DNA of 64,000 bases, taken from the human T2T-CHM13v2.0 reference genome, Homo sapiens. Positions 1 to 18,002 of this stretch are shown one piece after another. The stretch lies in NCBI RefSeq assembly GCF_009914755.1, contig NC_060931.1, one strand, 5' to 3'. How positions within the stretch are numbered: the first letter of the stretch is position 1; each line of letters begins with the position of its first letter. The translations under genes and the position numbers were made by a program. The notes below the pieces were generated by a model, which made no database searches, was not told the DNA's origin, and worked only from the letters and a program-made list of their open reading frames with translations.

Positions 1-66
1 GGATGGGGGAGACCAGAGAGGGAACCAGAGCACCCCAAGTGCCCGATACCCCCTGAGCACCCCCAC

Positions 67-173
67 CTGGTCCAGGGGCCCCACGGACACTCGGCACACG
101 TTGTTGGACACGTGCTCCCAGCTGGAGCCCTGCGGGTAGCTGGGCGTGATCCCTTGGCGATACCACAGGTTTC
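67..173 (-). CDS. TECPR1: TECPR1 exon 24, aa 1053-1088; gene continues beyond the window's left edge
   Basis: (G)NLWYRQGITPSYPQGSSWEHVSNNVCRVSVGPLDQ. ttttctccccag| acceptor, CAG|GTGGGG donor; 107 nt. Confidence 0.95.
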
Positions 174-1749
174 CTGGGGAGAAAAGCAGTGAGGGTCAAA
201 GGGGAAGACCTTCCCGGCCCCTCCTGCCCGTGCGGCCCGGCAGCCGGTGGCCAGGCCCCGCTCTAACCACTTCGGGGTTTGGGAAGCTGCTGGGGAGGCA
301 GGAGGGTCCTGGCCCCTGAGTCAGGGCCACAGCCTCCTCCGCTTCTCCACACTCAGGAGCCTGGGCTGCAGCCAGCTCCGCCTTCTGCACACTCGGGGCG
401 TCCCCCGAGCCTCATAATCGCCCTATTGTGCTGGGCACGGCCGGCCTCCTGATCCTCTTTCTGCTGAGGCAGAAACTATGGACAAGGGAAGTCCTAGCCA
501 GAGCAATCAGGCAAGAGAAAGAAAGAAAGGGCATCCAAATCGAAAAAGAGGAAGTCACGGTGTGTCTGTTTGCCCATGATAGGATCAAATACCTAGAAAA
601 CCCTAAAGACGCCTCCAAAAGACTCCTAGATTTGACATATGAGTTCAGGAAAGTCTCAGGTTACAAAATCAATGCACACAAATTAGTAGCACTGCTACAT
701 GCCAGCAGCAACCAGGCTGAGAATCAAATTAACCCCTTTTACAACAGCTGCAAAAAATAACATAAAATACCTGGGAATGTACTTAACCAAGGAGGTGAAA
801 GATCTCTATAAGGAGAACTACAAAACACTGCTGAAAGAAATCATAGATGACAGAAACAAATGGAAATACATCCCATATTCATGGATTGATGAGTATGGGA
901 TGAATCAGTGGAAGAATCAATATCATGAAAATGATCATACTGCCCAAAGCAATCTACAGATTCAATGCAATTCCTATTAAAATACTGTCATCATTTTTTA
1001 CAGAATTAGAAAAAAAAATCCTAAAATTAATATGGAACCCACAAAGAGCCTCAATGCCCAAAGCAATTCTAACCAAAAAGAACAAATCTGGAGGCATCAC
1101 ATTACTGGACTTCAAATTATACTACAAGCCTACAGTAACAAAAACAGCATGGTGCTGCTATAAAAATAGACACATAGACCAGTGGAACAGAAGAGAGAAC
1201 CAAGAAATAAAGCCAGATACCCACAACCAATTGATCTTTGAGAAAGCATACAAAAGCATAAACTGGGGAAAGGACACTTTATACAATAAATGGTGCTGGG
1301 TAAACTGGATAGTCGCATGTAGAATAATGAAACTGGATCCGTATCTCTCACCATATTAAAAAAACAACTCAAGATGAATCAAACACTTACATCTAGACCT
1401 AAAACCATACAAATTCTATAAAAAAAACCTAGGAAAAACTATTCAAGGGCTTTGCCTGGGCAAAGGATTTCTGACTAAGATTCCAAAAGCAAATGCAACA
1501 AAAACAAAAATAAAGGAGCCCTAATTAAACTAAAAAGTTTCTGCAGAGCAAAAGAAATAATCATCAGAGTAAACAGAAAACCCACAGGATAGGAGGAAAT
1601 ATTTGCAAACTATGCAACTGACAAAGGACTCATAACCAGAATCTAGAAGGACTCAAACAAATCAGCACACACACAAAAAACAAAAAACCAATAATCCCAT
1701 CCAAAAGTGGCCAAATGACATGAATAGACATTTCTCAAAAGAAGATATG

Positions 1750-2054
<305 letters not shown>

Positions 2055-2190
2055 ACAAATGACCAACAAACATGAAAAAATGCTCAACACCACTAATCAT
2101 CTGAGAAATGCAAATCCAAACCACACTGAGATATTAATACCACTTTATTTCTGCAAGACTGGCCATTATTATAAAGTCAAAAACAACACA

Positions 2191-3762
<1,572 letters not shown>

Positions 3763-3789
3763 TAAAAATTTAAAAAAAGAGCAACTTGC

Positions 3790-3882
3790 CATTCTCATCC
3801 AGGGCATACACCGACGTCTGCCCCGCGGACACCTGCTTCAGCCTCTGTCTCGGTGGGGACGGGATGTGGTACCAGCAGTCAC
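3790..3882 (-). CDS. TECPR1: TECPR1 exon 23, aa 1022-1053 (GC donor)
   Basis: DCWYHIPSPPRQRLKQVSAGQTSVYALDEN. tcgcag| acceptor; donor G|GCAAGT keeps frame with the next exon; 93 nt. Confidence 0.92.
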
Positions 3883-4514
3883 CTGCGAAGGGGAGGCTGA
3901 CTCAGGCACGCTGCCTTCTCCTCCTCGCATGGGCCAGGTGGGGCTGTGGGCCTCGGTCCCCAGCTGCCTCTCGGATGTGTAGCCTGGTGTCAGCTGTGTG
4001 CCACACAGAGCTGACACGTGCCCTGCCGTCCACCCAGCACTGTGCCTGGGGTCTCTGGAAGCCATGGCGGGCTCCGATGGACTCATCTTGCCAGCGCAAC
4101 ACAAAGGCTTCCTGTGCAGCTCATGGTGGAGACCCAGCCTCAGGGGCTGCCCTGCTAACCCATCCCTGTGCAGAGGGCAGCTGAGTACCAGCGTCCCCGT
4201 GTTGGACACTGGACATCTGGAGAAGAACAAGCCAGCACAGCCCGTCCTCCCGGGCAGCCACCAGATTGGTCACTGTGGAGTGGACCCTGCAGGGCCGAGA
4301 CACAGGGGCCACCCCAGGAAGGGCCAGGCAGGCCTGGCTCCAGCTGCCCCATTACCAGGGTGACCACCTCCCAGTCAGTCCCAGTGGGAGGGGGACTCCC
4401 ACTTCTGGGGGAAGTCCCAGCTTCTGGGGGACCCTGGCCCAGAGGGGATGTTCAGCAAACATCAGCTTGGACGGAAGGTGAACACTGCAGGGGCTCCTGG
4501 GGCGCGGCACTCAC

Positions 4515-4650
4515 CGGCTGGCTGCGAGGGGTACACGGATCCCCGGTAGAAGGCGGAGCCGTCCCTTGCCACGGCCCACACCTGGTAGCAGGCCCCGATG
4601 GAGATGGAGGCGAAGGGCTGGTCGGTGCCAACGTGCAGCCAGGAGGAGCC
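4515..4650 (-). CDS. TECPR1: TECPR1 exon 22, aa 977-1022
   Basis: GSSWLHVGTDQPFASISIGACYQVWAVARDGSAFYRGSVYPSQPA, translated by hand. ccccag| acceptor, G|GTGAGT donor; 136 nt. Confidence 0.95.
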
Positions 4651-5118
4651 CTGGGGATAGCAAGGAGGGGCGCTGAGGTCACCAGGGCCCCCACCCCCAG
4701 GGCCCCACCTCCAGGACCAGCAGAAATGGGCCTAGCGCGTGGGCAGCATAGGTGGCTGGGGGACAGCCGGGAGTCACACAGCCCCACCCGGCCTGATCTC
4801 GGTGCTTGTTGAAATCCTGGGCGCATCTCATCCTCCTGCGAGCAGGGAAAGCGCCCCCGTGGGCGTGTGCACCTCACCGGGGTGCTGACCACCAAGGACT
4901 GGGTGCCAAAGAGCCGCAGTGTCCCCTTGGCCCACCTCTGTCACCCCCGCCCCACCCGCCTCATTCCTGGGCCAACTGCCCCAGGGCACAGGGACCCACT
5001 CGGACCACAGGCAGTGTCCACTGGTCCTAGGGGCTTGTCCTGAGCAGGGTCTGAGCCCTGCCGGACTCCAGAGCAAAGGTCTCATTTCAAGAAGAATCTG
5101 TCTGGCCCCGGCACTCAC

Positions 5119-5299
5119 CGCAGGGTTGAGCTCCGACACGCCCAGGCGGCACAGCACATCCCCCTTGTCGCTGACGGCCCAGAGGGCGATGCTGTGCCCA
5201 CTCCCCTCGGCACCCGGGCTCTCCGGGATGATGGACACGTCCCTGAGGGCGATGGGGGGCACCTCCAGCCAGGGCCCACTGGTCACCAGCTTGCATTTT
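5119..5299 (-). CDS. TECPR1: TECPR1 exon 21, aa 916-976
   Basis: KCKLVTSGPWLEVPPIALRDVSII...LGVSELNPA. gtacag| acceptor, GCG|GTGAGT donor; 181 nt. Confidence 0.95.
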
Positions 5300-5790
5300 C
5301 TGTACAGTGGAGAGGGGACACAGCCCAGGGACCCCAAGGTGACCACCAGGCTCCAGGGCCTCTGCCTCTGGAGCCAGGAGGAGGAAAGCAGCCAACCCCG
5401 GGGCGGGTAGAAAGAGGGGCCCAGAGGTGGCCTCCTCCCCACCCCCACCCCCATCCAGGCCCAGCCAGGCCCCCACCCCCACCCCCAGCCCCAGCCAGGC
5501 CCCGTTCTCTGTCCCGCTCACAGGTGGAGTGTGCCAGTGACATTTCTCTTATTTGTTCATGAAAACAAACTATTCTGAAACCAGAGAGCACCGGGAGCCT
5601 GCGGGCATTTCCTGGGCTGACATTTACTCAGATTCGGCTTCCCTCTTCACCCTACTCCCCACTGCTTCTTCCCTTGGGACTGAGGTCAGAGGCCAGGAGA
5701 TCTGGCCCGGGGTGCGGGGAACCAGAGCTCCCTCAAGGGTGGCTCCTCCAGGAGCCTGACCGTGACAGTCACCCTGCAGCCCTGCCTCAC

Positions 5791-5847
5791 CTGGCCCAGC
5801 ACCTCCTCCTCACAAAATCCTTCATCGTTTTGGACCCATGGTATGAG
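5791..5847 (-). CDS. TECPR1: TECPR1 exon 20 (57 nt), aa 897-916, end of second DysF
   Basis: SYHGSKTMKDFVRRRCWA(R), translated by hand. cttcctccttgcag| acceptor, AG|GTGAGG donor. Confidence 0.94.
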
Positions 5848-6929
5848 CTGCAAGGAGGAAGAAGATGAAATCAGGGCCACTTCGTGGAAGTTTCTGGAAA
5901 GGGACCGTGCATGTAAACATTCTTGTTCTACCCGTTACAGGGCATGGGGACTGGGTGGAAGCCATGGATGGGGTTCAGAGAAGGAGGTGTCACCACGCGC
6001 GGCTCTCAGGAGGCGCTTCCTGGCTGCCCCGGCAGGATCAGGGTTGAGTGCAGCCCTGGGGACCTGCAGGGAGGGCCTCCTGGGGGTTGGGGCCTCCCAG
6101 GGGCAGGGGTCTCCCTGGGGAAGGGGGTCGGGCCTCCCTGGGGCTGGAGCGGAGCAGTCACTTGTCAGGGGTCAGGCTAAGGGGACTCAGCCCTCCCCTC
6201 CCCAGGCCCCATCAGAGCCCTTTTGGGGAGCAAGAGCCCTCGGTCAGGATGAGGCCCGAGGCTGAGCGGAGGGTGGTCCAGGAGGCCTGGCTGTGGCCGA
6301 GGGGACGGTCCTGGTCTGCTCAGAAGCCACCTGGCTCTGGGCCCCAGCTCAGGCTGTCCTGGCTCCATCTTCCAACAGGCTGAGACTGTGCCGTGAAGGG
6401 CCTGCCCACGCCGTGCACCTGCACCGCCAGGGTCCAGGGCCTCGTGACAGCCACTGCATCTCTCCGAGGGGCTCACACTGCCCCTTCACCTAACATCTCG
6501 TGTTGGGTCCCTCAACACTAAGGGCCTGGCTCAAAGCCCCCCAGAGCTCACCCTGCTAAGGCTGTAGAGGCCACTCGCCCTCCTCAAGCCCCTCAGTCTG
6601 GTGCCCTGGGTTCCACCATCTGACCCTCCCAGAGCCCGTGCCTGGCACAGCAGGGATGAACGTGGCGTGGGGGAGCCATGGTGCTCCTACCCGTGCCACA
6701 CATGGAGGCCAGGGGTGCCACGTGTGCAGGGAGCACTCCCCTGGGCCCCTCCTGGCCTCTCTGCTGGCTCCTCCCCCTCCAGTAGCAGGGCTGGCACCAG
6801 GGGTCTGCTCCTTGGCCAGGCCTAGGGGGCAGGGTTCAGCCTGGAAGAGCAGTGAGGCCAGAGGCCACACACTCCAGGGCCCTGACATTCAGGACCCAGC
6901 CCGAAGGCCCTGTGCAGGGAGAGGCTTAC

Positions 6930-7009
6930 GCAGGGAAGTCGCTGGCATACTGCCACCCCTCCTGGTCCGTGCCCCCCGGAACGCTGAAATCCACGAACCA
7001 GTCGGAAAC
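6930..7009 (-). CDS. TECPR1: TECPR1 exon 19, aa 871-897
   Basis: VSDWFVDFSVPGGTDQEGWQYASDFP(A). cctcccag| acceptor, GC|GTAAGC donor; 80 nt. Confidence 0.95.
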
Positions 7010-7134
7010 CTGGGAGGAGTGGGTCAGTGAGGATGGGACCCCCCGAATCCAGAAGGCAGTCAGAACACTCGAGGAGGGGCAAGGAGGGGTGGGAGGGCGG
7101 ATTCCCAACCCCCCAGGGGGCAGCGGGACCTCAC

Positions 7135-7231
7135 CCAGGCCCACTGCAGGGACGGGGGCTTCGTGCCAGCCTTCGTGCACTCCTGCAGCCCCGAGGCATC
7201 GCTCCACATGTACCGGTCCGTGGGCAGACCC
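7135..7231 (-). CDS. TECPR1: TECPR1 exon 18, aa 838-870
   Basis: GLPTDRYMWSDASGLQECTKAGTKPPSLQWAW. ccgcag| acceptor, TGG|GTGAGG donor; 97 nt. Confidence 0.95.
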
Positions 7232-7384
7232 CTGCGGCAGGACAACAGGGCAGGTGACGAGGGAGACTGGGGAATGAACTGGCTCACTCAGACACCCCCA
7301 TAACACCCCACAGGGAAGCACCGAGCTCCAGTCTCAGAGCCAGCCACCTCCAGGCACTCGCACTCCTAAGAGGTGACAGCCTGC

Positions 7385-10045
<2,661 letters not shown>

Positions 10046-10144
10046 CTACTGGACTCCACGCTACGGTGGATGTTGCTGTCCTATTTTTGCCAGGACTAAG
10101 GCCTATGCCAGGCAGCATCCTGGCCGGGCACCTGTGCCACTTAC

Positions 10145-10247
10145 CTGCTGGTGTAGCCTGTGACGGGGTTCCAGCGCTGGTTCTCATAGATGTGAACACA
10201 CTTCACGTCTGACTGCGTGTAGATGTTACTGGTGCTGCTGGCCAGGC
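10145..10247 (-). CDS. TECPR1: TECPR1 exon 17, aa 804-838, start of second DysF
   Basis: LASSTSNIYTQSDVKCVHIYENQRWNPVTGYTS, translated by hand. cccacag| acceptor, AG|GTAAGT donor; 103 nt. Confidence 0.95.
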
Positions 10248-11169
10248 CTGTGGGGAGAGGTGGCTGCTGGGACCGAGGCCACATACGCTCCGCTTGGGAC
10301 TCTGGCTTTCCGTCTGAAGCACAGATTCCCAGAGAGACGGGGAGGGCGGGCTGGAGCCAGGTCAGCGGAGAGGAGCAAACAGTCCTGTTGAGCTTATCGC
10401 ACGGGGGTCGGCCTGGCTTGGGTTTTCTCCTCCGGGACCGTGATTATTCTGGGATTGTGCAACCTCGATGAGCACAGCCTGCTGTGCATTAAATCTCCCA
10501 TCCACACCCCTCCAGCGCCTCTTCCCACCTTGCCCTCCTACTTAGCACCAGGGAGGCATGAGGCCCACCCAGCTCACTCTGTGTTACAAAGGCACCTGGG
10601 ACCATCAACGTAACCTCCGTGAGCCCCGGCTTCCTCACTTGTAAAATGAAGACAGAGGTCATTCCTGCCTCACACACAGGGAAGCTGGAAAGCCTGCTCA
10701 GATATGCGTTCCTGGGGTATCAGGGGACCACAGTTCTCTGGGGTTAGCTGCTCCCCCGTGGGGCATGTGGGCTGCGGCCTGGAACGCCCCGTTTCAGTGT
10801 CTGTTTCCGCCTTCGTTTTCCAGTAGGAACAGAGGGACCCTGGCTCCTAGAAATCGGGGGGCCACAGAAGTTCAGCGAGTGCCTACCCTGAAGGAGGAAC
10901 CCACCTAACACCCTGAAAATGAGAGGCTGGACATGCTGGTGGACCCTGGCCGCTGCCTCTCTGGAACCTTCGAGGCCCTCAGCTCGAAGTGGGTACTGGC
11001 AGGGACCATCCTGGGTGGAGGCTGGCAGTGGTGAAGGTCACCTGTCAGCCAGCTGTTAGCCGAGTGTGAACACTGGGACAATGGCCCTGGCCTTGGGCAG
11101 GGAACCCAGACGGGGACTAGAGGAAAGAACGCCCAGGAAGGCTCCGGGGGGGCTGTGGGCCGCCCTCAC

Positions 11170-11297
11170 CTTGGAAGCAGCCGCCTCCATAGCCGCCTGT
11201 GTATACCCAGGCCGTGTGGTCATAGCCGATGCCCCACACCACGCCCCGGCTGTTGGCCTCCACCATCCGCAGGTGGCCTCCCATCTGCCGCCAAAAC
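11170..11297 (-). CDS. TECPR1: TECPR1 exon 16, aa 761-804
   Basis: FWRQMGGHLRMVEANSRGVVWGIGYDHTAWVYTGGYGGGCFQ. cttccag| acceptor, AAG|GTGAGG donor; 128 nt. Confidence 0.96.
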
Positions 11298-13091
11298 CTG
11301 GAAGGATGGGAGAGGGCAGGTGGAAACCCCTCAGACCCCACCTTCCAACCCTGCCTGGCTGCCCTTTTGTTCCGTGTCCTCCTGTGGTTCTGGGATTTTC
11401 CCAGCCCTCGGTCTCCAAGCACAGACCATCCACCCTGCCTGACCTCCGCGTTCATATTAATCAACGCTAAAAAGACTCAGCCCACGAGAGGTGCAGGGTC
11501 TCGGCACTGGGGCTGTGCAGGTCAGACCCTCTCCATGGGCTGGGAGTCTTCTGGAACCCACCCACTTCAGCCCCATGGTGACATGGAGGGAGATGAGGCC
11601 AGCGGCGTGTTTCACAGGGGCCCCTTGGGGTCTGGGACCTGGGGAAATGGGCTGGCCACAGTGGCAGGTGCAGCCAGGCTTGAATGTCACAGAGCAGAGC
11701 CGGACATGACATCTAATCCTCTGCATGAGTGACAGCACGGCCCTTGGGCTTCCAGGGTGTCAGCGGGAGGCGGTGCCAGCACAGCATGGCCTCCTGGGTG
11801 GGCAGAGTGCAGGCTGCGGCTGGTGCAGGTCACAGCCTCCTGCGGCCGAGGCCCTGTCACTGTCACTGTCACCAGAGGCGGTCTGAATCCTCTGACAGGA
11901 TATTGCTGTCCCCTCCTGCAGCCAGGGCTTCTGGCTCACTATGTCCCCAGCCCCAGTGCCCACGGGTAATGAAGCCCAGGACCTCGTCGGCTTGGGAACA
12001 ACCCCAGGGCAGCCTCTGTCCCACAGGGGACAGAATCATAGCCCCCATGTCCCCTGCCGGGCCCTTGTCCTCAGGACTCAGCTCAGATCCCCCCCCCAGG
12101 GAACCTCATTCCCCCTTTGTGGCTTTTTTTTTTTTTTCTGAGACAGGGTCTCGCTGTGTTGCCCAGGCTGGAGTGCCGTGGTGTGAGTGTGATCACACCT
12201 CACTGTAGCCTTGAACTCCTGGGCTCAAGTGATCTTCCCACCTCAGCCCTCCGAGCAGCTGGAACTACAAGTGCATGACACCATGCCTTGCTAACTTTTT
12301 TGGTTTCTTTTTTTTTTTGTAGAGACGAGTCTAGCTATGTTGCCCAGGCTGGTCTTGAACTTCTGACCTCAAGTGATCCTCCTACCTCAGCCTCCCAGAG
12401 TGATGAGATTGCAGGCGTGAGCCAACCTGCCTAGCCCCACCTTGTGGCTCTCAATGTCCCCAACAGAACAATGTCTCCTAGGCTTGTGCGCCCAGCCCTG
12501 CCCTCACCCCACTCCAGCCTGGCTACCCCACGTCCCCCAGGTCCAGTCTCCACCAGCATTTCCCAGTGCCAAACGTCAAGTCCTCTCTCTGCCCACTCCT
12601 GCTGGACTTCAAACCCCACCAACTCTGCCTTGACCACGCCCCCAAACTCTCCTCCCACAGCGGCTCTCTCCTCTCTGCCCCCAGGCCCCGGGCCGCCCAT
12701 GCAGCAGGGGCTCAGCTGGAGCTGGAGGCGGCTGAGCACCGGGTCTGTGCCCTGGGCAGGTGGAGAGACGTGGCTGCTTTGCTACAGCCTGGAAGCCCCC
12801 TGGGGTGGAGAATTGTGCCCCTCACCCACACTCCACATTCCTCCCGATGCTCAGAGGCTGCTGGGCGGCACTGACCCACCCTGGGCCCAGTGGGGCTTCT
12901 GGTTCCCCCTCTTGGAGTCTTTGGACAGGCCCAGGGGGACTTGGGGGCCTGGGAACCAGTGGCCGTGCCTCTGCCTGGTCAGCGAGAAGCTTGACCCTGC
13001 GTGGACTCCAGTCCTCTGGATCCCCCTTCTGTAACCACGAGCTCGGGGTGAGGCCAGGCCCCAGACCCCACCCAGAGTGCGGCTCACTCAC

Positions 13092-13249
13092 ATCTGGTCG
13101 CAGGGCAGGGGGTGCTCGTGGGCCTCCAGGTCTGGGCTGGGCTCGCTCACGAAGATGTCCCCCTTGCAGGTGATGGACCAGATGGCCTGCGGGGACGGGC
13201 GGCCCTGCACCTTCCGGCTCTCGCAGCAAGACAGGCTGAGCAGGGCGAG
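13092..13249 (-). CDS. TECPR1: TECPR1 exon 15, aa 709-761
   Basis: LALLSLSCCESRKVQGRPSPQAIWSITCKGDIFV...PCDQ(M). caccag| acceptor, AT|GTGAGT donor; 158 nt. Confidence 0.94.
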
Positions 13250-13354
13250 CTGGTGTGGCACAATGCCGGTCACTGCTGAGCAGGCCAGGCCAGGCCAGGC
13301 CACCCCACCATGGCTATCCCTCCCCCCGGCCCGAGGGGACCACCGACCACTCAC

Positions 13355-13504
13355 CCAGTCATTCATGTCCTGCTCGGTGGCAGCAGCCAGACGCACCGGC
13401 CACCTCTGCCGTGTCCGCTCAGGGGTGTACAGGGCAAAGGAGTGCTTGGTCTCGTTCAGCACTGGGACCAGCGCCACCACCTCATTCAGGAATATGTGGA
13501 TGTA
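13355..13504 (-). CDS. TECPR1: TECPR1 exon 14, aa 659-708, PH domain C-half
   Basis: YIHIFLNEVVALVPV...LAAATEQDMNDW. aacag| acceptor, TGG|GTGAGT donor; 150 nt. Confidence 0.96.
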
Positions 13505-13644
13505 CTGTTCACAGAACAGGCGCCCGGCAGGGCTGTCACCCAGGGCAGGAGGCCTCTGGAGGGTGACCCCCACTGTGCTTCACCCTGGGACCCTGGCCCT
13601 CGGACACCCTCTCTCCTGGCACCCCCAGCCCTGCCCCCTCCCTT

Positions 13645-13880
13645 GGTACTTCATTTCTTTACCCCCTCCCCAGGCACCCCCATTTCTGTACCCCCTCCCC
13701 TGGGCACCCCCATTTCTGTACTCCCTCTCCTGGGGCACCCCCATTTCTGTACCCCCTTCCCCGGGCACCCCCATTTCTGTACCCCTCCCCTGGGTACCCT
13801 CATTTCTGTGTCCCTCCCTGGGCACCCTCATTTCTGTACCCCTCCCCTGGGCACCCCCATTTCTGTACCCCTCCTCTAGC
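13645..13880. repeat. Minisatellite (VNTR), ~29-bp unit ggcacccccatttctgtacccctcccctg, about 8 copies
   Basis: Directly visible tandem units in intron 13. Confidence 0.92.
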
Positions 13881-13934
13881 ACCCCAGCCCTGTGTCCCCT
13901 CCCTGGCCCCATCTCCTGTGGGACCCGTGGGCAC

Positions 13935-14090
13935 CTTCTTCTCCTCGTGGACCACATAGTAGATGAAGAGGATGCTGTCCCGGACGCCGTCGTGCCCCGT
14001 GAACTGCTCCAGGGCCAAGCGCACGTCCACCCACTTGTGGGGCTTCCAGTCGCACCACCACTGCAGCGCCCCGGTCTTCACCCACACCGA
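13935..14090 (-). CDS. TECPR1: TECPR1 exon 13, aa 607-658, PH domain N-half
   Basis: SVWVKTGALQWWCDWKPHKW...YVVHEEKK. gcgcag| acceptor, AAG|GTGCCC donor; 156 nt. Confidence 0.95.
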
Positions 14091-14957
14091 CTGCGCAGGC
14101 CGGGGCAGTGGACACCATCACAGGCAGGCCCGGGGTGCCAGGGGAGGAGGGCGGGGCTGGGGGTGCCCAGAGGAGGAGGCAGGGCTGGGGTAGGGCCCAC
14201 CCAGCACTCCCGGCTGTCAGCCCAGTTCCCCCTATGCTAATGATAACAGTGACGCTGCCGGACACCCAATAGGTGCAGGCTGAGCCAGGGCTGTTCCGTA
14301 CAACCTCCTCTCTCTCAAACAGCCAGAGTGGGCACTGCCATCCCGCCTTCTGCATGGGGAGACAGGCTCGGGAGGGTTCCGTGCCTGGCTTTGGTGTCAC
14401 AGAGTGAGCCAGCGGCAGAGCTAGAACCCAAACCACAGCCTACTTGTGTCCAGGGGCCTTTGGAATGAGGCAGGTCACATGCTCTGTGTGACTTCCCTGT
14501 CACCCCCACACTTGACCTCTGAGGGCCGGGCTCTGCCACAGGATAGTGGGGCAGAAGCAGGGTCAGCCCAGGGGTGGGGTCTCCGGCCGCCCTCTGTGCT
14601 AACTCCTTGCAATCACACGCTACACCCCTGGGCGCCCGGGGTTCCCTCCAGCAGGAAGAGGATGACGTGGTTCCCCTCCCTGGCCACCCTCCCTTCCCCA
14701 CCCACCACCCTCTGAGGTTGCTGCCGTCTCTGGGTCCCCAGGGCCTCCAACGAGTCTGGAACACAGTGAGGCCCAAACCAAAGTCTTCAGGATGGACGAA
14801 GAAACCCTGAGCTCATTTCTCTATGCCTGCATCTGGGCGGGAGACCAGGGGATGGAGGCATCTATCTGTTTCTCTCAGAGCTGGTACACAGCAGGCGCTC
14901 AATGAATGATTGCTGGAAAAAAAAAAAAAATGCATGCGCAGCCACCGGGGCACCCAC

Positions 14958-15103
14958 CTGCTCCACGGCCTGCTCGTAGTGTCTGAAGTTCTCCAGCTCC
15001 CGCTTGGTCCTTTCCGTGAGCTGCTGGAAGATCTGCTTCCTCCAGGCAGCGGTCTGGGCCGGCGTGATGGACAGGGACAGCATGTGTACCGAGGAGGACA
15101 GGC
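14958..15103 (-). CDS. TECPR1: TECPR1 exon 12, aa 558-606, ATG5-interacting region
   Basis: LSSSVHMLSLSITPAQTAAWRKQIFQQLTERTKRELENFRHYEQAVEQ, containing the W-x3-I-x3-L-x2-R-x3-E ATG5-binding pattern. CAG|GTGGGT donor. Confidence 0.96.
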
Positions 15104-15551
15104 CTGTGGGGCAGAGAGAGCCTCAGGGCCGGGGCACTGTCCTGCCCGCAGCTGGGCAGGAAGCCACGGCGCTCCCCTCCACCAAATCAGCCCTTTCTAG
15201 CTCAAAAGCTACGCTCTCTGTTAAGCCTCCTTCCACCCTTTGCCCTGATGGATGAGTTGCTCTCCCCCAGTAATTCAGCCTGGAAAGCAGCCACCACCGC
15301 TAGCACAGGGGAGGGGCTGCAGACAGGGGAAGGGGCACTGGCCACCGTGCTTCCAGGTCCTGACAGCCTCGGGCTGGTCTCTGGAGGCCACAGAGGAGCG
15401 CAATGCCTGGCTCAGAGCTGCTGAGCACAGTGAGGCGTCCAGGGAGGACAGCAGGCCTGCCCGAGCCCCCTGACCCCGGCCTCCTCCCACACCCCACACC
15501 CCCAGGGCACCTGGCCATGTGGATGCCCCCAGGCCCTGCAGGAGCCCTTAC

Positions 15552-16042
15552 CCGCCTGGACAGTGAACCATCTGGGCATGGCACATGCCTCCACCACGCA
15601 GCCGCCTCCCGACACCCAGGCCCACAGCGGGTGGTCATCCACCCCATACGGCTCCTCCAAGCCCAGTGGGAGGAGCCCCAGAGAGGAGAGGCTGGTGGTC
15701 TCGGGGAAGCCAGCGGCCGAGTGGCTGGGCACTTTCTTGGCCTCCTTGAGGTCAATATTGGTCCAGGGCAGCTCGGCCGGGGTGGGGGCCGGGCCGGGGT
15801 GCGTGTTGGGTCTGGCCTCCCTGCTGCCCTCGGCTGGGCAGGCATCTTCCACGGTATCTTCTGCGGTCCTGCCAGCCCCCAGGCCTGAGGCTGAGTTCCC
15901 TGTGGCATTCTTGGAATCGTCTAGAGGTTCTGCAGGGAGAATCTGGCCAGGCCCTGGTCTCTCGACTTCCGAGGAGGCATCGGTGTCGCTGGGGGCAGAC
16001 TCGCCACTACCCCTCACCTCATCACCGAAGAAGCAGCCGGCA
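15552..16042 (-). CDS. TECPR1: TECPR1 exon 11, aa 394-558, long acidic/Pro-rich disordered linker
   Basis: AGCFFGDEVRGSGESAPSDTD...AMPRWFTVQA. ccccag| acceptor, G|GTAAGG donor; 491 nt, phases consistent. Confidence 0.95.
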
Positions 16043-16273
16043 CTGGGGACAAATCAGGGCAGACCCATCACTCCCTTGCAGGGGAACAGGCGCTGTCAGG
16101 CAGGCCCAGCTCCAGCGTGCTCCACCATGACTGCCTGTGGAAACTTGGGCAAGTCAGAACCTCTCTGAACTCCTGTCTCTTCCTCTGTGCAAGGTATACA
16201 TCAGCACCTGCTTCCAGGGAGCTGACACCTGGGCCACCCTGCAGACCAATCACATCCACATATCTGAGAGTGA

Positions 16274-18002
<1,729 letters not shown>

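Noticed and set aside
428-1359. Reverse-transcriptase-like ORFs as an active or novel RT system
   Set aside because: Frameshifted L1 ORF2 fragments with the catalytic FADD changed to FAHD; 5'-truncated and interrupted by Alus.
13645-13880. ~29-bp repeats as a CRISPR array
   Set aside because: Head-to-tail units without unique spacers, in a eukaryotic intron, with no cas genes.
13077-14240. 387-aa + strand ORF
   Set aside because: Antisense shadow of TECPR1 exons 13-15 plus the VNTR in GC-rich DNA; no recognisable domain.
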